Shown here piece by piece: positions 59,557 through 64,000 of a DNA stretch of 64,000 bases (its first letter is position 1; every line of letters begins with the position of its first letter). Under the pieces are notes generated by a model, which made no database searches, was not told the DNA's origin, and saw only the letters and a list, made by a program, of their open reading frames with translations. The translations under genes and the position numbers were made by a program. The stretch is from Balanoglossus misakiensis (lineage: Eukaryota > Animalia > Hemichordata). Location: assembly GCA_040954595.2 (NCBI GenBank), contig CM082593.2, forward strand, positions 9,557,200 to 9,621,199. The letters are read 5' to 3'.

Positions 59557-60770
59557 GTGATGGTTTCGAGTGGTAATAAAAAGCGGGGTGTTTTCTGTCA
59601 AAAAATTAAACCTGAGTGTGGCTCTTTACTTGAGTGTCTCACCATCTCTTCCTTACTTCCTTCAAACCCAGAGCGTGGTTCGTTTCTTGACGGTCTTACT
59701 TACTACACTATGACTGAAAGTTCCCATCCACGAAGATTATCGGAGGCCGACATTCTATCATGTCGTACCGTAGAAGAAGTAACCTCGTTATTAAAGCTAC
59801 ACGGGGCTACTATCTCTCCGGAATTGCAGCTTCTAGTGGTGCGTAAGGTCTGTCATCTGACACGGAGAGAGTTTTCTGACGTGACAGAAGACGAGATAAA
59901 GAGTTGCGTCTCGCTAAGAGAACTTGATTCTATGTTAGAATCATCCAGCAATCGCGTACCTGATGATGTACATCTGGCGGCCCTGAACGCACGTGCTGAT
60001 CTCATCCGCGCGACGGAGAGAGAGTCAACAGATGGGGAAGCAAGCTGTGGAATCCGGGTAAGTTCAGACAATGTAGTACCTCTTTTGCCCACTTGTGAAT
60101 TTCAATGGGAAAACCAACAAACATGTATGGGTGAAATTGCGTGTAACGAAGATCAGCGTGGTGGTAGTACCTCTGGGAATAAAAATCCCGTGATTATTGA
60201 TGAGTCATTTGTTCAGCCGGAGAACCCTCCTCCTTCAGTTGATTTGGTGCCGGGCCCTGCACAGAACCCCAGAAAACGTAGAATGAGCGTTGAAGAAATT
60301 CGCGATAACGCGGAAGAATTGTTTGAAATTCGCAAAGTAAGTCAGCGCTATATTAAGAAATTTAATACGCGCGGAAGTGACTATGTCGTGCATTTTATGC
60401 CAATCCAGACCGATGACTTGCGCGAGGCGTTAAATTCACTATATCAAGCTTTCGGGGCACTTTTTGATCATTTAACTCGGGAAATGAATCCGAACGACGT
60501 GAAAAGAGTAGTCTTTCGCACACCCCAATTGGATCGGGCAATAAATTTACCATTTGTGAAAGTACGCGATTGTACATCGGATGCGGTTTTTGCCGAAGTT
60601 CAATCAATCAAACGAATCATTTAAGATTGACGAAGAGGTATTTGTTAATATCGTTCACGTGGAAATCCCAGCGGGTGGGAAAGGACCGCGAAATAAAAAT
60701 GTTAACGCGGATCAATTACGAAAAGTTAAGAAGAGTATTGTACGTATTCAAAACAAAGATAGATTAATTA
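59557..60770 (+). pseudogene. N-terminal region of a protein-primed family B DNA polymerase, frameshifted and truncated
   Basis: INLPF..VFAEV followed in another frame by QSNESFKID..VNIVHVEIPAGGKG..KKSIVRIQNKDRL, matching the recalled Polinton pPolB N-terminal pattern. No exonuclease or polymerase motifs remain. Confidence 0.7.
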
Positions 60771-60771
60771 T

Positions 60772-61036
60772 GTTTGATACAAGACGCCATATATGTTATT
60801 CTACATGTAGATATATGGTGAATCAACATTCAACCACACACAACTTCCATCTCGTTTGTACGATATAAGAGTAAAAACTCGCCCAAAATGAATAAATGGT
60901 AAAGAACGAATATTCATTTTGGCGAGTTTTTCACTCTCCTGTCTATAAGAGGGATGGAAGTTGTGTGTGGTTGAACGTTCATTCGCTATATATCCACATG
61001 TAGAATAACATATATGGCGTCTTGTATCAAACCGTG
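60772..61036. mobile_element. Palindromic MITE of about 265 bp, left terminus clipped
   Basis: GTTTGATACAAGACGCCATATATGTTATTCTACATGT is mirrored at about 60996-61032, and arm pairing extends to the centre. The right end is ..AAACCGTG. Confidence 0.82.
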
Positions 61037-61089
61037 TCTCTTAGCAAATATAATATGGGAAAAAGGGCAGCGAGAGAGAAACTTTGTCC

Positions 61090-61198
61090 TTCACATGGGG
61101 AGTAAATGCATATGCGTGTGTATTTAAAGTTAACTGTAAATCCCCAGGTTAATACGTGGCCAAAAGCACTGTAATTTGACATTTCTAATGATGGTGAG
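61090..61198 (+). repeat. Isolated diverged partial satellite monomer
   Basis: ..CTGTAAATCCCCAGGTTAATACGTGGCCAAAAGCACTGTAATTTGACATT matches the satellite monomer. Confidence 0.85.
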
Positions 61199-61320
61199 AT
61201 GTTGTTTGCTCCCCAGGGAGTTGAATGGAATATTTAGGTCCAACGACCTAGGTCAAATGACCATGGGACAACTTAAAGCACGTTGAGATTTAATGTGCTA
61301 CATAAGTTATAAATATTATA
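61199..61320 (+). mobile_element. Probable SINE 3' fragment (L2-like tail)
   Basis: CTCCCCAGGGAGTTGA..TAAAGCACGTTGAG..GTGCTACATAA plus an AT tail. The same tail occurs at 26006-26057. Confidence 0.45.
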
Positions 61321-61623
61321 AAAATATTATTACATAAACAACACTCTTGCTTAGCAAAGGAAGTGGTCAGGTGAAATATATTCGCAGAGCTGACCAATTC
61401 TTTAAGGAAAATTAAAGTTGGGTAATTTGGACGTATTCATACAAGTGTTGGTCAATGATAGGAAAGTCCTTTGTTCATTTTCAAAATGAAAACCAAAAAT
61501 GCGAACAAAACACACTGAATTACGTATGGGATATTGATGTTGCCTAATTTGCGTGTCTCCACATTTACTTAAACTCTCACAGGGAGACAAATGTCACAGC
61601 AAACGGAAAAATGATTATGCTAC

Positions 61624-64000
61624 CACTGGTCAAAAAAGTTGATATACATTCAGTATTTTTACGTATATGGACACGTAGATCAGGAATATGCGCAGATATA
61701 CAATAGTCTGCGCAGTTGTACATCTACAATTTGCACCACGTATATGTGACGTATATTCACGTATATGGAACATACCAATGTGTTAGTATACGTGCACGTA
61801 TATCTATGAAGATCACGGGTGTGCACAACGCAGACCATAGCAGATTAAGTGTAAACCATAAACATTCCAACGTATTTGTACACATTCTCAGTGCATATCT
61901 TCCTTACTATTTGCATGACTGTGTTATTAGCATACGTTACATCATCATCACAGACATTAAAATTTGCATAGTTGAGTTCACGTTTCTGGTATTTTTACGT
62001 ATATTTAACACAGACCCTTTCAGAAATTACCATACATTATGTCATCATCGTTGGCAAATATTTGCAAAAAAAATGGGGGTCATATCATTCAGGGTCAGGA
62101 TTTGACTTTTCCTTCTTGTTCACCTTTCATTTGAGCTTTTATTGCTGTAAATTTGTTACTATTTATCTGCTTTGAGATGCAACTGCACTTCAAAGCAGAT
62201 ACATAACAACAAATCGGTATCACATTTCAGACCGATACACTTTCTCCCATCATGCATCATAAAAACTGCTCACATAATGAAATTCACGTAAAAGGCAATT
62301 TTATTTAAAACATATAAAATGATTAAAGACAGTACATAGACAAAGAACAAAATGTTTTGTTTTTAAATGCACACCTAAAATAATACTCAAAGTCTAGCTT
62401 CATTTAGTAACTCCAAAATACCATGAAACTTTACTTCATGATCATCTGACATCATCAGATCGCCTGCTTGCACCATTTTATCCTATTATGATTTGTGTTC
62501 AAAACCATCATCTTGCCATGACTCTGTAGAAGAAAAAAAGAAAGAAAGTATTTAGTTTGGTCATCTCAAGCACTTATCTTTGACTGCGGTGTCTATGAGC
62601 TGCAACTTTGGCGAATTCTGAACCCACTGGCACAGTTTATGTAGAGTGGGCCGTAAACACCTTCACCTTGAACACAGTGAAACGTCAGCCTGTTCTATTT
62701 TTAACTTTGTCGCCAACATGACAGTGCACTGTTTATAATCTACGTCCCCCATTGTTTTTATATTATGGGTGAAAATGTCTCATTTGCATTCAACAAATTG
62801 GGCCATGGGAAATGTCTTCACACCTTCCAATTGTTTACTTTGTTATCTGTCATGTTGACAAAAAAACATACAGATTCAATGTGTTGTTATCGCAACCAAG
62901 GTCAAATAGTTATGACTGAATAGTTGCTCACTATCACGCGTAATAGCATGGTTATAGCTACCAAGTATCCAAGCTCAGTAGCTGCTAAAATATCTGAACG
63001 TCAGCTATTCTGGCAATCCAGCAATCCCGCGCTTATATGCATCTTGTCAACCATGAAACACCAAGCTGTAGCGCACACATGGAAATCAACCCAGTTTGTT
63101 TACCTTTTGTTTTAGCTAATCCTCAAGGCCTTTGATCTTGGCCGATGTTCCGCGTCTTTTTTCTCTACGGGTTATGCTCAATGTTATAAAACTTCACATA
63201 CTACACCAAATTGAATGAATAGTCTAAGAATAAAAGAGATATACTTACTCGTTGGTTGTATCAGATGAATCTTCTATGGTTACATAAAGCTGAGTGCTTT
63301 ACCTGCCGCTGCAAAGTAAAACAAGGGACATTGAGATAACAATACAAATGCTTGGTGGAAATGTCAAATTGTCAATCAAAACCTGTTTCTACATAGACAT
63401 GCTTGATGCACTAATGCAAACGGCAGAAATAAAAAGGACTCGGACTAACAACGAGTAGAAATAGTGTCAAAACACAGACACATGGGTGGTGTGGATATGG
63501 ACAAGACCAAAACACGATGTATGTTTAAACTTACAAAAATCATACGATCCGGTCTTCCTTTGTTGGTGCATAGATTACCACCGCCGCATGTCGATTTTCC
63601 CTCAAAGACTTCTGTTCTGCGTCCAGACTATCAAGTTTCTGTGACAACTCTTCGTTTGCTTTGTCTGGTGTTGAAACTAACTTATGCACACGGTTGACGG
63701 CGTTCTGTGACTGCCAGCGGTGCTGGTGTTTCTGTGTACCGGAGGTGGACGTCGTAAAACGTCGTAAAACAACCAGCGTTTTGCGACATAAAGTGGCCGC
63801 AGAAGTGCGACCCAGATCTTTCATCAAACTTTTGAAAGCGTTTGCTTTTAAAAACGGGTGGCCCAAATAATCCTAATAATTAGCATGAATATACGTACAT
63901 ATACATGGACGTATACTGTAAGCACACTATTCGGTAGAAAATAACTACAAATACGTAGATCTGCAGAACGTATATGTAAGAGAACGTGTACATGATGTAT
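61624..64000. mobile_element. CACTA/EnSpm-like element running past the window end
   Basis: CACTGGTCAAAAAA begins where paralogy to 31175 stops. ACGTATA/ACGTAGAT subterminal repeats at 61660-61805 and again at 63890-64000. The right terminus is not visible. Confidence 0.6.

Larger units (their letters stand above)
57358..60770 (+). mobile_element. Polinton/Maverick-like left-end fragment
   Basis: AGTAGT terminus at 57358, ATTCATGA subterminal repeats, small intronless same-strand ORFs, and a pPolB-like N-terminus truncated at about 60765. Confidence 0.7.

Overview
Eukaryotic (probably marine invertebrate) heterochromatin-edge window with no host gene. Positions 1-25.2 kb are a satellite of 175-194 bp monomers in a 947-bp 5-mer higher-order repeat (HOR). 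It is interrupted by a CR1/L2-type LINE, itself split by an intact BEL/Pao LTR element with apparently identical LTRs, and by two TTAA-targeting Kolobok-type elements. The remainder is a nest of elements: two Ngaro-type tyrosine-recombinase (YR) retrotransposons, a decayed Mag-like Ty3/gypsy carrying a TIR element, an L1/Tx1 LINE, an RTE-X-like LINE, a Helentron-type non-autonomous element, a Polinton/Maverick left end, a MITE and a CACTA-like element. The main surprise is a third split-direct-repeat element (44660-53272, about 2.4 kb once its two insertions are removed). It has no RT or recombinase. It carries a predicted spliced gag-like gene with a repeated hairpin array in the intron, a palindromic recombinase-type site at its repeat junction, and a perfect 17-nt 5'/3' complementary pair. 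All family assignments come from motif recognition by eye; no searches were run.
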